From an uncultured Acidobacteriota bacterium (GTDB taxonomy: Bacteria; Acidobacteriota; Polarisedimenticolia; J045), in contig CAVPCQ010000007.1 of assembly GCA_963702425.1 (NCBI GenBank), positions 1-29,985 on the forward strand: a DNA stretch of 29,985 bases. The letters run 5' to 3'. This document shows positions 1 to 8,361 of the stretch, piece after piece; the stretch's first letter is position 1; each line of letters opens with the position of its first letter. The notes beneath the pieces were generated by a model, which saw nothing but the letters and a program-made list of their open reading frames with translations, was not told the origin of the DNA and ran no database searches. The position numbers and the translations under genes are program-made.

Positions 1-17
1 CGAGCCACCGGCTCCCC

Positions 18-683
18 CTACTGGTCGCGCTTCCAGACCTCGAGCGACAGCTCGGCGGCGACCGACGGGGCCGTCGCGGCGATCGAATCCAGCACCGCGC
101 CGGCCTGGCGCGGCTTCATCCCGAGCAGCACGTCGACCACGACCTGCTGGTCCTTGTTGTAGAGCTCGGCCAGCGCCGCCGCCGCGTTCTCCGGGTCCAT
201 CCCCTCGTAGGCCTTGAGCAGCCGGTCGAATGCGGCGTGCGGGGACGCCGCAGCCCCACCGGCGCCGGCCGCGCCACCCGCACCGGGTCCCGCTCCGGCC
301 CCGCTGGCCGGTGCCGCCGCCGCGTCGGCGGCCAGCGACTGCTTGAGCACCTGGAACTGCCGCTCGCGTTCCGCTACCTCGTCGGTGCGGCGATCGAGCG
401 CCTGCTTCTGCTGCTGCAGCCCCTCGACGAGCGCGCGGTACGCTGCCTCGGCCTCGCTCGCTCCGGCCTCCGCCGGGCCGGCCGCGGAAGCGGCCCCCGA
501 CGGGCTGGCGGCAGCCGGCGCGGCGGGCTTCCCGCGCTCGGAGGGGCGCGCCCTCTCGCCGGCGCTGCCCTTGGCTTCCGCCGGCGACACGACCACTCCG
601 AAAGACAGCGCGTCGACGACGATCAGCGCGTTGACGGTCAACGCCGCCGCCGCGGTCGCAACCAGGAGCTTCCGTCCGTTCAT
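18..683 (-). CDS. MotE/FlbB-like flagellar protein (N-terminal TM, coiled coil, MgtE_N-like C-terminal domain)
   Basis: N-terminal hydrophobic segment, coiled coil (LQQQKQALDRRTDEVAERERQ) and C-terminal 'LLKAYEGMDPENAAAAL...LLGMKPRQAGAVLDSI'. It sits directly after fliJ, the usual position of this family, and overlaps the fliJ stop. Confidence 0.7.
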   Translation of the reverse strand: MNGRKLLVATAAAALTVNALIVVDALSFGVVVSPAEAKGSAGERARPSERGKPAAPAAASPSGAASAAGPAEAGASEAEAAYRALVEGLQQQKQALDRRTDEVAERERQFQVLKQSLAADAAAAPASGAGAGPGAGGAAGAGGAAASPHAAFDRLLKAYEGMDPENAAAALAELYNKDQQVVVDVLLGMKPRQAGAVLDSIAATAPSVAAELSLEVWKRDQ

Positions 684-1153
684 GACAGCCGTCTCCGTTG
701 CTGCTCCGCCAGCACGCTGCGCGTGCGGCGGACGAGCACGAGGTCGTCGCTCGCCAACTGCTCGCGCCGCCCTTCCTCGGCCAGGAAGCGGGCCTGGGAT
801 TCCTCGCGCAGGCGCTCGAGCACCTGCGCCTCGCGGGTCGCCGCGGCGAGGCGGGCGCGGGCCTCCTGCTCACGCTCCACCGCCGCGTCACGCCGCACGC
901 GCAGCGCCGGGACCCGCGCCCGCGCGCGCTCGTAGAGCTGGGACAGCGTCGCCAGCTCGCGGCCGGTCACGCCGGCCACGCGCTCGCGGTCGATCTGGCG
1001 CCCCGTCTCGCGCAGCGCGAGCGCCGCCTGCTGCAGCGCCTCCTCCGCGGTCACCGCCGCCCGGATCGCCACGGCCAGCTCGCGCCGCGTCTGCCCGCGC
1101 TGGACGCGCGCCAGCCGCAGCGGCACGTCGAGCGGGAAGACGAAGCGCGCCAT
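680..1153 (-). CDS. fliJ: Flagellar export protein FliJ
   Basis: 157 aa coiled-coil protein starting 'MARFVFPLDVPLRL' and ending 'VLERLRE...EQLASDD', immediately downstream of fliI. Confidence 0.8.
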   Translation of the reverse strand: MARFVFPLDVPLRLARVQRGQTRRELAVAIRAAVTAEEALQQAALALRETGRQIDRERVAGVTGRELATLSQLYERARARVPALRVRRDAAVEREQEARARLAAATREAQVLERLREESQARFLAEEGRREQLASDDLVLVRRTRSVLAEQQRRRLS

Positions 1154-1154
1154 C

Positions 1155-2489
1155 TCAGGCCCCGATCGCGTCGAGCCCGGCGAGGGTCTCGACCAGCGGG
1201 CTGGCGGTGGCGAGATCCTGCTGCAGGTACTCCTCGATCGGGCGGTGCCACTGGACCGCCTCGTCGAGCGCCTCGTCGATTCCCGGCCGGTAGGCGCCGA
1301 TCGCGACCAGGTCCTCGTTGTCGCGGTAGATCGCCATCAGCCGCCGCAGCCGCTGCGCCGCCGCCTGGTGCTCGCGGCTGGCGACGTGGGGCATGACCCG
1401 CGAGACCGACGCCAGCACGTCCACCGCCGGGTAGTGGCCGCGCTCGGCCAGCTTGCGCGCCAGCACGATGTGGCCGTCGAGGATCGCGCGCGCGGCGTCG
1501 CTGATCGGGTCGTTCAGGTCGTCCCCTTCGACGAAGACGGTGTACAGCCCGGTCATCGCGCCGCCCCCCTCCTCGCGCCCGGCGCGCTCGAGCAGGCGCG
1601 GCAGGAAGGCGAAGACGGACGGCGTGTAGCCCTTGTTCGAGGGCGGCTCGCCGGTGGAGAGGCCGATCTCGCGCAGCGCCATCGCGACGCGGGTCAGCGA
1701 GTCCATCAGGAAGGTGACGTTCCGCCCCTCGCGCCGGAACCCTTCCGCAACGGTCGTCGCGGCCAGCGCGCAGCGCACGCGGCGCAGCGCCGACTCGTCC
1801 GAGGTCGCGACGAAGACGACCGCGCGCGCGAGCCCCGGCCCGAGGTCCCCCTCGACGAACTCGCGCACCTCGCGGTTGCGCTCGCCGACCAGCGCGATGA
1901 CGATCACGTCGTCGGCGGCGTGGCGCGCGATCCCGCCCAGCAGACGGCTCTTCCCGACGCCGGCCCCGGAGAAGATCCCGATCCGCTGCCCGCGGCCGAT
2001 CGTCAGCGCGGCGTCGATCGAGCGGATCCCGGTCGCCATCACCTCGCGGATCCGCGGGCGCTGCATCGCGGGCACGGCGTCGGCGTGGATCGAGCGCAGC
2101 GGCATCGGCGGCAGCGGACCCTTCCCGTCGAGCGGCTTGGCCTCGGCGTCCAGCACCCGGCCCAGCAGCGCGTCCCCGATCGGGACGCGCGGCGTGCGGC
2201 CGGTCGCGACCAGCCGGTCGCCGTGCCGGAGCCCGCGCAGCGCGTCGATCGGCATCGAGTAGATCCGGTTCCCTTCGAAGCCGACGACCTCGGCCAGCGA
2301 GAGCAGCTCGCCCTCGGCGTCCTCCAGCCGGCACTCCTCGCCGACCGCGACCCGCGGCCCGACGCTCTCGACCGCCAGGCCCACGGCGCGCACGACGCGC
2401 CCGGCGCGGCGCAGCGGCTCCCGCCCCGCCACGCGCTCGCCCGCGCGGTGGAGCGACTCGTGCATCTCGCGGACCACGGTCGCGCTCAC
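1155..2489 (-). CDS. fliI: Flagellum-specific export ATPase FliI
   Basis: Motifs GRGQRIGIFSGAGVGKS (Walker A), ALVGERNREV, LMDSLTR, GEPP..KGY, ILDGHIVL and YPAVDVLASVSR. Start moved to GTG at 2489, which overlaps the fliH stop (GTGA). Confidence 0.95.
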   Translation of the reverse strand: MSATVVREMHESLHRAGERVAGREPLRRAGRVVRAVGLAVESVGPRVAVGEECRLEDAEGELLSLAEVVGFEGNRIYSMPIDALRGLRHGDRLVATGRTPRVPIGDALLGRVLDAEAKPLDGKGPLPPMPLRSIHADAVPAMQRPRIREVMATGIRSIDAALTIGRGQRIGIFSGAGVGKSRLLGGIARHAADDVIVIALVGERNREVREFVEGDLGPGLARAVVFVATSDESALRRVRCALAATTVAEGFRREGRNVTFLMDSLTRVAMALREIGLSTGEPPSNKGYTPSVFAFLPRLLERAGREEGGGAMTGLYTVFVEGDDLNDPISDAARAILDGHIVLARKLAERGHYPAVDVLASVSRVMPHVASREHQAAAQRLRRLMAIYRDNEDLVAIGAYRPGIDEALDEAVQWHRPIEEYLQQDLATASPLVETLAGLDAIGA

Positions 2490-3106
2490 GCCGGGTCCTC
2501 CAGCGCGTCGCGGAAGATGTCGACCGCCGTCGAGATCCGGGCGTCGATGTCCTCCTCCGCGCACTCGACCAGCAGGCCGCCGCGCTCGATCGCGGGGTCG
2601 GCGATCAGCTCGACGCTGCCCGGCTCGGTGAGCGTCATCGCCGCCGCGGCGATCGCTTCGAGATCGGACGGGTTGAGCCGCACCTTGCGCCCGACTCCCG
2701 GCCCGATCCGCGCGAAGATCTCCTGCACGATCCGGGTCACGACCGGGTCGCCGGAGGCGACCTTCTCGCGCACGATCTTCGACGCGATCCCGACCGCCAG
2801 CTCCGTCACCTCGGCCCGCACCTCGTGCAGGATCTGGCGCTCCAGCCCGTGGAGTGTCGCCAGCGACCGGGCCAGTCGCTCGGCGGCCGCCCGCTGCTGC
2901 CGCTCCGCCTCCGCCAGCCCCTCCCGCTGCCCGCGCTCGAGCCCCTCGGCGTACCCCGCACGGACCGCTTCCGCGAGGCGCCGAGCCTGGGCCCGCTCGT
3001 CGTCTCGGACCTCGCCCGTGTTGTAGAGCGCGATCGCGTCGACCTCCAGCTCCGGAGGCTCGAAGCGCATCGCGTCCGGCGCGTCGAGCAGGCGGCTAGG
3101 CGGCAC
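2486..3106 (-). CDS. fliH: Flagellar assembly protein FliH
   Basis: GxxxG repeats (AGYAEGLERGQREG), 'VRLNPSDL' and 'DPAIERGG..VE....IDA'; lies between fliG and fliI. The start codon is uncertain. Confidence 0.88.
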   Translation of the reverse strand: MPPSRLLDAPDAMRFEPPELEVDAIALYNTGEVRDDERAQARRLAEAVRAGYAEGLERGQREGLAEAERQQRAAAERLARSLATLHGLERQILHEVRAEVTELAVGIASKIVREKVASGDPVVTRIVQEIFARIGPGVGRKVRLNPSDLEAIAAAAMTLTEPGSVELIADPAIERGGLLVECAEEDIDARISTAVDIFRDALEDPA

Positions 3107-4127
3107 CGGCCGTCTCCTCCAGGGTGATCGACCCCTCCGCCTCCAGCTTCAGCACCAGCTCGATGATCATCCGCTGCGCGCGCTCGATGTCCGTCAGGCG
3201 CGGCGCGCCGATCAGGTCCATCTCCTCCGTCAGCATCTGCGACGCGCGCTCGGACATGTTGTTCATGAAGAGCTGCGTCACCTCCGGGTCGCCGCCCTTG
3301 AGCGCCAGGGCGAGCGTGGCGCGATCGACCTGCCGCAGCACCTCCTGGCAGTCCCGGTCGCCCAGGCCGCGCAGCATGTCGAAGGTGAACAGCATGTCGC
3401 GCAGCTGCTTGGAGAGGTCGGGGAAGTCCTCGGACATCGCCTCGACGATCTCCTTGCCCGCGGAGCGCCCCATCTTGGTCAGCGTGTCGGCGGCGGTCTG
3501 GACGCCGTTCATCGGGACCAGCGGCTCCTCGTTGATCGCCGTCAGCTTGGCCTGCAGGACCTGCGCCACGCGGTGCACGACGTCGGGGCGGATCTCGCGG
3601 ATCGTCGCCATCCGCCGTGTGACGTCGAGTCGCCGCTCGGCCGGCAGCAGGAGCATGATCCGCGCCGCCTTGCGCGGAGGCAGGTGCGCCAGCACCAGCG
3701 CGGCGGTCTGCGGCGCCTCCTCGGACAGGAGCATCGCGATGCGGCGCGAGGACGCGCTCATCAGCGGCTCCGGCAGCTCGGGCAGTTGGACCTCGCCGCC
3801 TTCGTCCTCGTCGTCGCGGACCTTGCGCTTGTCGGGATCCTTGACCAGCCGGTCGACCTCGTCCGGCATCGCGCGCTGCAGCAGCTTGCGCGCCAGGTGC
3901 GGCCCCGCCAGCTCGAGCCCGCGGGCGTTGGCGACCAGGTCGACGAACTCCCGCAGCACGCCCGCGTAGGCGGACGGGTCGATCATCTTGATCTTCGCGA
4001 TCTCCATCGTGATCTGGCGGATCTCGGGCTGGTCGAGGTGCTTGAGGACGTTCCCCGCGGCGTCCTCGCCGATCAGCGCGATCAGGATGGCGGCCTTCTG
4101 CGTCCCGGTGAGCGGTTCGTCGGCCAT
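3096..4127 (-). CDS. fliG: Flagellar motor switch protein FliG
   Basis: 'LTGTQKAAILIALIGED', E(A)PQTAALVL, MLFTF and 'NMSERASQMLTEEMDLIG' motifs. The true start is ATG 4127 (343 aa); the longer ORF-track call is an upstream extension over fliF. Confidence 0.93.
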   Translation of the reverse strand: MADEPLTGTQKAAILIALIGEDAAGNVLKHLDQPEIRQITMEIAKIKMIDPSAYAGVLREFVDLVANARGLELAGPHLARKLLQRAMPDEVDRLVKDPDKRKVRDDEDEGGEVQLPELPEPLMSASSRRIAMLLSEEAPQTAALVLAHLPPRKAARIMLLLPAERRLDVTRRMATIREIRPDVVHRVAQVLQAKLTAINEEPLVPMNGVQTAADTLTKMGRSAGKEIVEAMSEDFPDLSKQLRDMLFTFDMLRGLGDRDCQEVLRQVDRATLALALKGGDPEVTQLFMNNMSERASQMLTEEMDLIGAPRLTDIERAQRMIIELVLKLEAEGSITLEETAGAA

Positions 4128-4129
4128 GG

Positions 4130-5713
4130 CTACTTCTCGTCGCGGGATTCGTGCAGCCAGATGCGGAGGGTCTGGGCCATGCCTTCGGGCTGCTCGGTGG
4201 CGACCGACGAGAGCCGCTGGCGCATCAGCTCGACCGCCGACGGCTTGCCGAGCTGCAGCGTGGCCGGGACCGCCGAGGCGCCGGACGCCATCGGCGCAGA
4301 CAGGATGTCGTGCCGCCCCGAAGCGGCCAGGCGGAGCGTCTTGAGCAGCGGACGCACGAGCAGGAAGAACGCCATCAGCGCCAGCGCGACCAGCGCCACC
4401 CACTTCACCACGGGCAGCCAGGGGCGGACGTCGAAGCCGCCGGAGGCGGTCTCGACCGGCGCGCGCTGGAACGCCACCTGCTCCACCGTCACCCGGTCGC
4501 CGCGCTGCGCGTCGAAGCCGATCGCGCCCTTGACGAGGTCTTCGATCTGCGCGATCTCCTCGTCGCTGCGCGGGGCGGCCTTCCGCTCCTTCCCCTCGGC
4601 CCCCTCGACCTCGCTCCAGCGCTGGTCGACCAGCACCGCGACCGAGAGCCGCTGGAGCTGCCCGATCGGCTGCTCGATCGACGACTCGCTGATCGAGTAC
4701 TCGTAGCTCGCGCGCTGGTTCTGCCGCTCGGAGAGGTCGCCGGCGTCGGAGTCGGCCGGACCGCCCGGCCCTCCGGGGAGGTTCGAGGCGGTGCCCGGTA
4801 CGCCGGCCGCCGCGAAGGAGGAGCTCTGCTTCTCCTTGGTCTTCTCCTCGGAGAGCAGGACGCCGCTCTCCGGGTCGTAGTTCTTCTCGCGCCGCAGGAC
4901 CTTCTGGAAGTCGACCTCCGCCGTGGTCTTGACGACGAAGCCGTCGGGCCCGACCAGCGGCTCGAGCACCCGCCCGACCTTGCCGTTGACGTCCTTCTCC
5001 ATCGCGGCCCGCATCTCGATCTGGCGCGAGCCGGCGATCGCCGAGCCGTCGCCGTCCCCTTCCCACAGGACGTGCCCCTGCGTGTCGAGCACGTTGACCT
5101 GGTCGAGCGACAACTCGGGCACCGCCCCCGCGACGATCCGGGCAATCGCCTGGATCTTCTCCGGCGCCAGCGCGACCCCCGACCGCAGGCCGACCGTGAC
5201 CGAGGCCTTGGCGACGTTCTTGTCGTCGACGAAGACCCGGTCGCCGGGAAGCACCAGATGGACGCGCGCCGACTTGACCTCGTCGAGCGCCTCGATCGTG
5301 CTCGCCAGCTCGTCTTCCAGGGCCTTCTGGTAGCGGATCTTCTGGACCTGGCTCGACTGCGCGATGTTGTCGCCCGAGAACATCTCCATGAAGCCGAACT
5401 TGCCGCTCTCCGGCAGCCCCTTGACCGCCATCTGCATCCGCAGCTTGTCGACCTGCTCGAGCGGCACTTCGACCGACCCGCCGCCGTTGGCGATCCGGAC
5501 CGGCACCTTCTGCGACTGCAGCTCCTGCACGACCGCCTGCGCGTCGCGCGGGTCGAGGCCGGTGTAGAGCACGCCCCAGGTCGGCTGCTGCGCCCAGTAG
5601 ACGATGGCTCCGACCGCGCCGACCGTGAGCGCCGTCGTGACGAGAAGGGTCATCCGCTGACGCAGCGTGAGCGCGTTCCAGGCGGCGGAGATCTGCTGGA
5701 GGAGTTCCTGCAT
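4130..5713 (-). CDS. fliF: Flagellar M-ring protein FliF
   Basis: Two TM segments, 'ARVHLVLP', 'ASVTV', 'GVPGTASNLP', 'RLSVAVLVD', 'GFDAQRGD.V.V' and C-terminal 'LRIWL'. Confidence 0.95.
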   Translation of the reverse strand: MQELLQQISAAWNALTLRQRMTLLVTTALTVGAVGAIVYWAQQPTWGVLYTGLDPRDAQAVVQELQSQKVPVRIANGGGSVEVPLEQVDKLRMQMAVKGLPESGKFGFMEMFSGDNIAQSSQVQKIRYQKALEDELASTIEALDEVKSARVHLVLPGDRVFVDDKNVAKASVTVGLRSGVALAPEKIQAIARIVAGAVPELSLDQVNVLDTQGHVLWEGDGDGSAIAGSRQIEMRAAMEKDVNGKVGRVLEPLVGPDGFVVKTTAEVDFQKVLRREKNYDPESGVLLSEEKTKEKQSSSFAAAGVPGTASNLPGGPGGPADSDAGDLSERQNQRASYEYSISESSIEQPIGQLQRLSVAVLVDQRWSEVEGAEGKERKAAPRSDEEIAQIEDLVKGAIGFDAQRGDRVTVEQVAFQRAPVETASGGFDVRPWLPVVKWVALVALALMAFFLLVRPLLKTLRLAASGRHDILSAPMASGASAVPATLQLGKPSAVELMRQRLSSVATEQPEGMAQTLRIWLHESRDEK

Positions 5714-5748
5714 GGCTTGGCCTCAGTCCGTTGCGCGCGGCCTGCCGG

Positions 5749-6060
5749 TCAGACCGGCATCCGCATCACTTCCTTGTAGGCTTCGAGCAGCTTGTTGCGC
5801 ACCTCGACCATCGTCCGGAACGACAGGTCGGCGCGCTCCATCTGGATCAGCACGCTGTGCAGGTCGGTCCCCTTGCCCCCGATGTAGTCGAGCGAGGCCT
5901 TGTCGGCGGCCTGCATCTCGCCGTCCACGCCGCGGATCGCGCTCTCGAGCGACTCGGCGAAGCTCGGGCCGCCGCCGGGCGCCGGGGACGGCGCCGGACC
6001 GGTGAGGTCCTTGTCGAGCGGCTGGATCCGGCCGAGGTCCTGGATGCTGCCGGTCTTCAT
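5749..6060 (-). CDS. fliE: Flagellar hook-basal body protein FliE
   Basis: 'SFAESL', 'LHSVLIQMERADLSF' and 'VRNKLLEAYKEVMRMPV'. Confidence 0.95.
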   Translation of the reverse strand: MKTGSIQDLGRIQPLDKDLTGPAPSPAPGGGPSFAESLESAIRGVDGEMQAADKASLDYIGGKGTDLHSVLIQMERADLSFRTMVEVRNKLLEAYKEVMRMPV

Positions 6061-6074
6061 CGCGCCCCTCCCGC

Positions 6075-6503
6075 TCAGCGGATCATCGACAGCGCGCTCT
6101 CGTTCATCTGGCGCGCGGTCTTGACGACGTTGACGTTGGCTTCGTAGGTGCGGACGGCGGAGAGCATGTCGACCATCTCCTCCGCGGGGTCGACGTTCGG
6201 GTAGGCGACGTACCCCTCGGGGTTGGCGTCGGGGTGGCCGGGCTCGTAGCGCATCACCGGCGGCCGCGGATCGGGCCGGGCGTCGATGATCTGCGCGCCG
6301 CGGGCCGCCTGGTCGAGCGCGTCGGCGAACCCGCCGCCCTCGACCGGCTTGGCCGCGAAGACCGCCAGCTGCCGCCGGTAGGGGCCGCCCTCGGCGGTGC
6401 GGGTGGTCTGCGCGTTGGCCAGGTTCGAGGCGATCAGCTCGAGTCGCGCGCGCTGCGCCTCGAGCCCCGAGGCAGCGATCTTGATCGTCGATCCGAGACT
6501 CAT
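6075..6503 (-). CDS. flgC: Flagellar basal-body rod protein FlgC
   Basis: 'ASGLEAQRARLELIASNLANAQTT', 'YEPGHPDANPEGYVAYPNV' and 'RTYEANV'. Confidence 0.97.
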   Translation of the reverse strand: MSLGSTIKIAASGLEAQRARLELIASNLANAQTTRTAEGGPYRRQLAVFAAKPVEGGGFADALDQAARGAQIIDARPDPRPPVMRYEPGHPDANPEGYVAYPNVDPAEEMVDMLSAVRTYEANVNVVKTARQMNESALSMIR

Positions 6504-6883
6504 CAGCCGGTCCTCCCCTCGGTGATCGCGGTGCGGAGCTGGCGCACGTGGAAGCGCAGCATCGCGGTGGCCGCCTCGTAGCGGCTGCGGACCTCGCCCA
6601 TCGCGAGCATCTCGCGGTCGAGGTCCACGTTGTTGCCGTCGTTGCGCAGCACCAGGCCGCGGACCCGCTCGGCGCGGGCCGCCGCGGTCTCGCCGGGCGG
6701 CCCGTCGGGCGCGGCGACGGCGTCCGCGAGCGCCGCGTTGAAATCGACGTCGACCGTCCGGTAACCGGGCGTGTCGAGGTTGCTGACGTTCGAGGCCACC
6801 AGCGTCTGACGCCGGGTCATGACGTCGAGCGCACGCTGGACCTTCCCGAGATACGGGTCGCTTCCCGGATCGCCGACCTTCAT
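6503..6883 (-). CDS. flgB: Flagellar basal-body rod protein FlgB
   Basis: 'RQTLVASNVSNLDTPGYR' and 'RNDGNNVDLDREM'. ATG 6883 follows a GGAGGA RBS at 6896-6891. Confidence 0.93.
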   Translation of the reverse strand: MKVGDPGSDPYLGKVQRALDVMTRRQTLVASNVSNLDTPGYRTVDVDFNAALADAVAAPDGPPGETAAARAERVRGLVLRNDGNNVDLDREMLAMGEVRSRYEAATAMLRFHVRQLRTAITEGRTG

Positions 6884-6911
6884 CGCGCGGTCCTCCATCC
6901 CCTCTTGCCTG

Positions 6912-6927
6912 AGCAAGCGCCGTGCCG
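6912..6927 (-). promoter_or_regulatory. Sigma54 (-24/-12) promoter of the flgB operon
   Basis: Minus strand reads CGGCAC-GGCGC-TTGCT, matching YTGGCAC-N5-TTGCW, about 30 bp upstream of the flgB start. Confidence 0.8.
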
Positions 6928-6988
6928 CGGAAACCCCGCGGTTTCCGGGCCGAAAGCGCCGTCCGGGCGGCAGATTCCTCCGGGGGGT

Positions 6989-7002
6989 GTCATGGACTTG
7001 AC
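6989..7002. promoter_or_regulatory. Putative bEBP enhancer box (FleQ-box-like) GTCA-N6-TGAC
   Basis: GTCATGGACTTGAC lies 62 bp upstream of the flgB sigma54 -24 element. A similar 14-mer occurs at 11671-11684. Confidence 0.5.
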
Positions 7003-8354
7003 GCCAGCCCGACGCCGCCCGCCGGGGCCTCCCCCCGGAAGAGCCGCAGCTTGTTGCGCAGCGTCCGGACCGAGATCCCCAGCATCTCCGAGGCCCGGGT
7101 CCGGTTCCCGCCGACGGCGTCGAGCGTCCGCTCGATCAGCCGCCGCTCCATCTCCGCGACCGTCAGCCCCGGCATCAGGACGTCGCCCGCCGGCGAGGGG
7201 ACCGTTCCATCGAGGAACAGGTCGCCGGTGTCGATCACGCCGGTGCGGTCCATCACGACCGCCCGCTCCATCACGTTCTTCAGCTCGCGCACGTTGCCCG
7301 GCCAGGGGTGGGTCGCCATCCGCGTCAGCGCGCGCGGCGTGATCGCCGGGACCGGCTTCCCCATCCGCGCCGCGATCTCCCCGGCCATGTGCTGGGCCAG
7401 CAGCGCGACGTCGGCCGCGCGCTCGCGCAGCGCCGGCACGCGCAGCGGGATCACGCTCAGCCGGAAATAGAGATCCTGCCGGAAGCGCCCGTCGGCCACC
7501 GCCTGCCCCAGGTCCTGGTGGGTGGCGGCGACGAGGCGGAGGTCGAGCGGCCGCGGCGTGCCGCCGCCGAGCGGCACGACCACCCGCTCTTCCAGGGCGC
7601 GCAGCAGCTTGGCCTGCAGGCCGACCGGCAGGTCGCCGATCTCGTCCAGCAGCAGCGTCCCGCCGCAGGCGCGCTCGAAGCGCCCCTTGCGGTCGCGATC
7701 GGCGCCGGTGAAGGCCCCCTTGCAGACGCCGAACAGCTCGGCCTCGAGCAGGTCGCCCGGGAGCGCGGCGCAGTTGACGGCGACGAACGGCCCGGCGGCG
7801 CGCGGGCTCTCGGCGTGGAGCAGGCGCGCGATGATCTCCTTGCCGGTGCCGCTCTCGCCGGTCAGGAGCACCGTCGCGTCCGATGCGGCAGCCAGGCGCA
7901 CGCGCGCCAGCAGGTCGGCGAAGCGCGGCTCGCGGCCGACGATCGGCGGGTGCGGCGCCTCGCCCGGCGCGACCCGTTCGGCGCGGCCGGCCAGCGCGCG
8001 CTGCACGGCGGCGACCAGCGCCTCGGGCGCGAACGGCTTGAGCAGGTAGTCGTGCGCGCCGCGGCGGATCGCCTCGACGGCGTCCTCCACGGTGCCGAAG
8101 GCGGTCACCATGATCACCTTCAGCGCCGGCCGCAGCGCCAGCGCGCGGCCGAGCAGCTCGCGCCCGTCCACGCCCGGCATCCGCACGTCGCTGACCATCG
8201 CGTCCCACGGGCGCGCGTCGAGCGCGGCCAGCGCTTCGCGGCCGTCCTCGCAGCGCGTCACCTCGTAGCCCGCCCGTTCCAGCACGCGTGTCATCGCCAG
8301 CCGCATCGCCGGCTGGTCGTCCACCACCAGTACCGAAGGCCGTTCCGTCACCAT
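6990..8354 (-). CDS. Sigma54-dependent response regulator (REC-AAA+-Fis HTH), FleR/FlgR/FlrC-like
   Basis: Intact REC domain (VVDD, SDVRMP, T, KP), [37 protein letters not shown] and HTH 'GNRTRASEMLGISVRTLRNKL'. Located directly upstream of flgB. Confidence 0.9.
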   Translation of the reverse strand: MVTERPSVLVVDDQPAMRLAMTRVLERAGYEVTRCEDGREALAALDARPWDAMVSDVRMPGVDGRELLGRALALRPALKVIMVTAFGTVEDAVEAIRRGAHDYLLKPFAPEALVAAVQRALAGRAERVAPGEAPHPPIVGREPRFADLLARVRLAAASDATVLLTGESGTGKEIIARLLHAESPRAAGPFVAVNCAALPGDLLEAELFGVCKGAFTGADRDRKGRFERACGGTLLLDEIGDLPVGLQAKLLRALEERVVVPLGGGTPRPLDLRLVAATHQDLGQAVADGRFRQDLYFRLSVIPLRVPALRERAADVALLAQHMAGEIAARMGKPVPAITPRALTRMATHPWPGNVRELKNVMERAVVMDRTGVIDTGDLFLDGTVPSPAGDVLMPGLTVAEMERRLIERTLDAVGGNRTRASEMLGISVRTLRNKLRLFRGEAPAGGVGLASSP

Positions 8355-8361
8355 CCGCCCC

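Noticed and set aside
3096-5066. 656-aa FliG with a long N-terminal extension
   Set aside because: The extension is an Arg-rich alternative frame of fliF. FliG homology starts at ATG 4127.
1155-5713. Non-flagellar type III secretion system
   Set aside because: flgB, flgC, fliE and fliG are present in canonical flagellar order.
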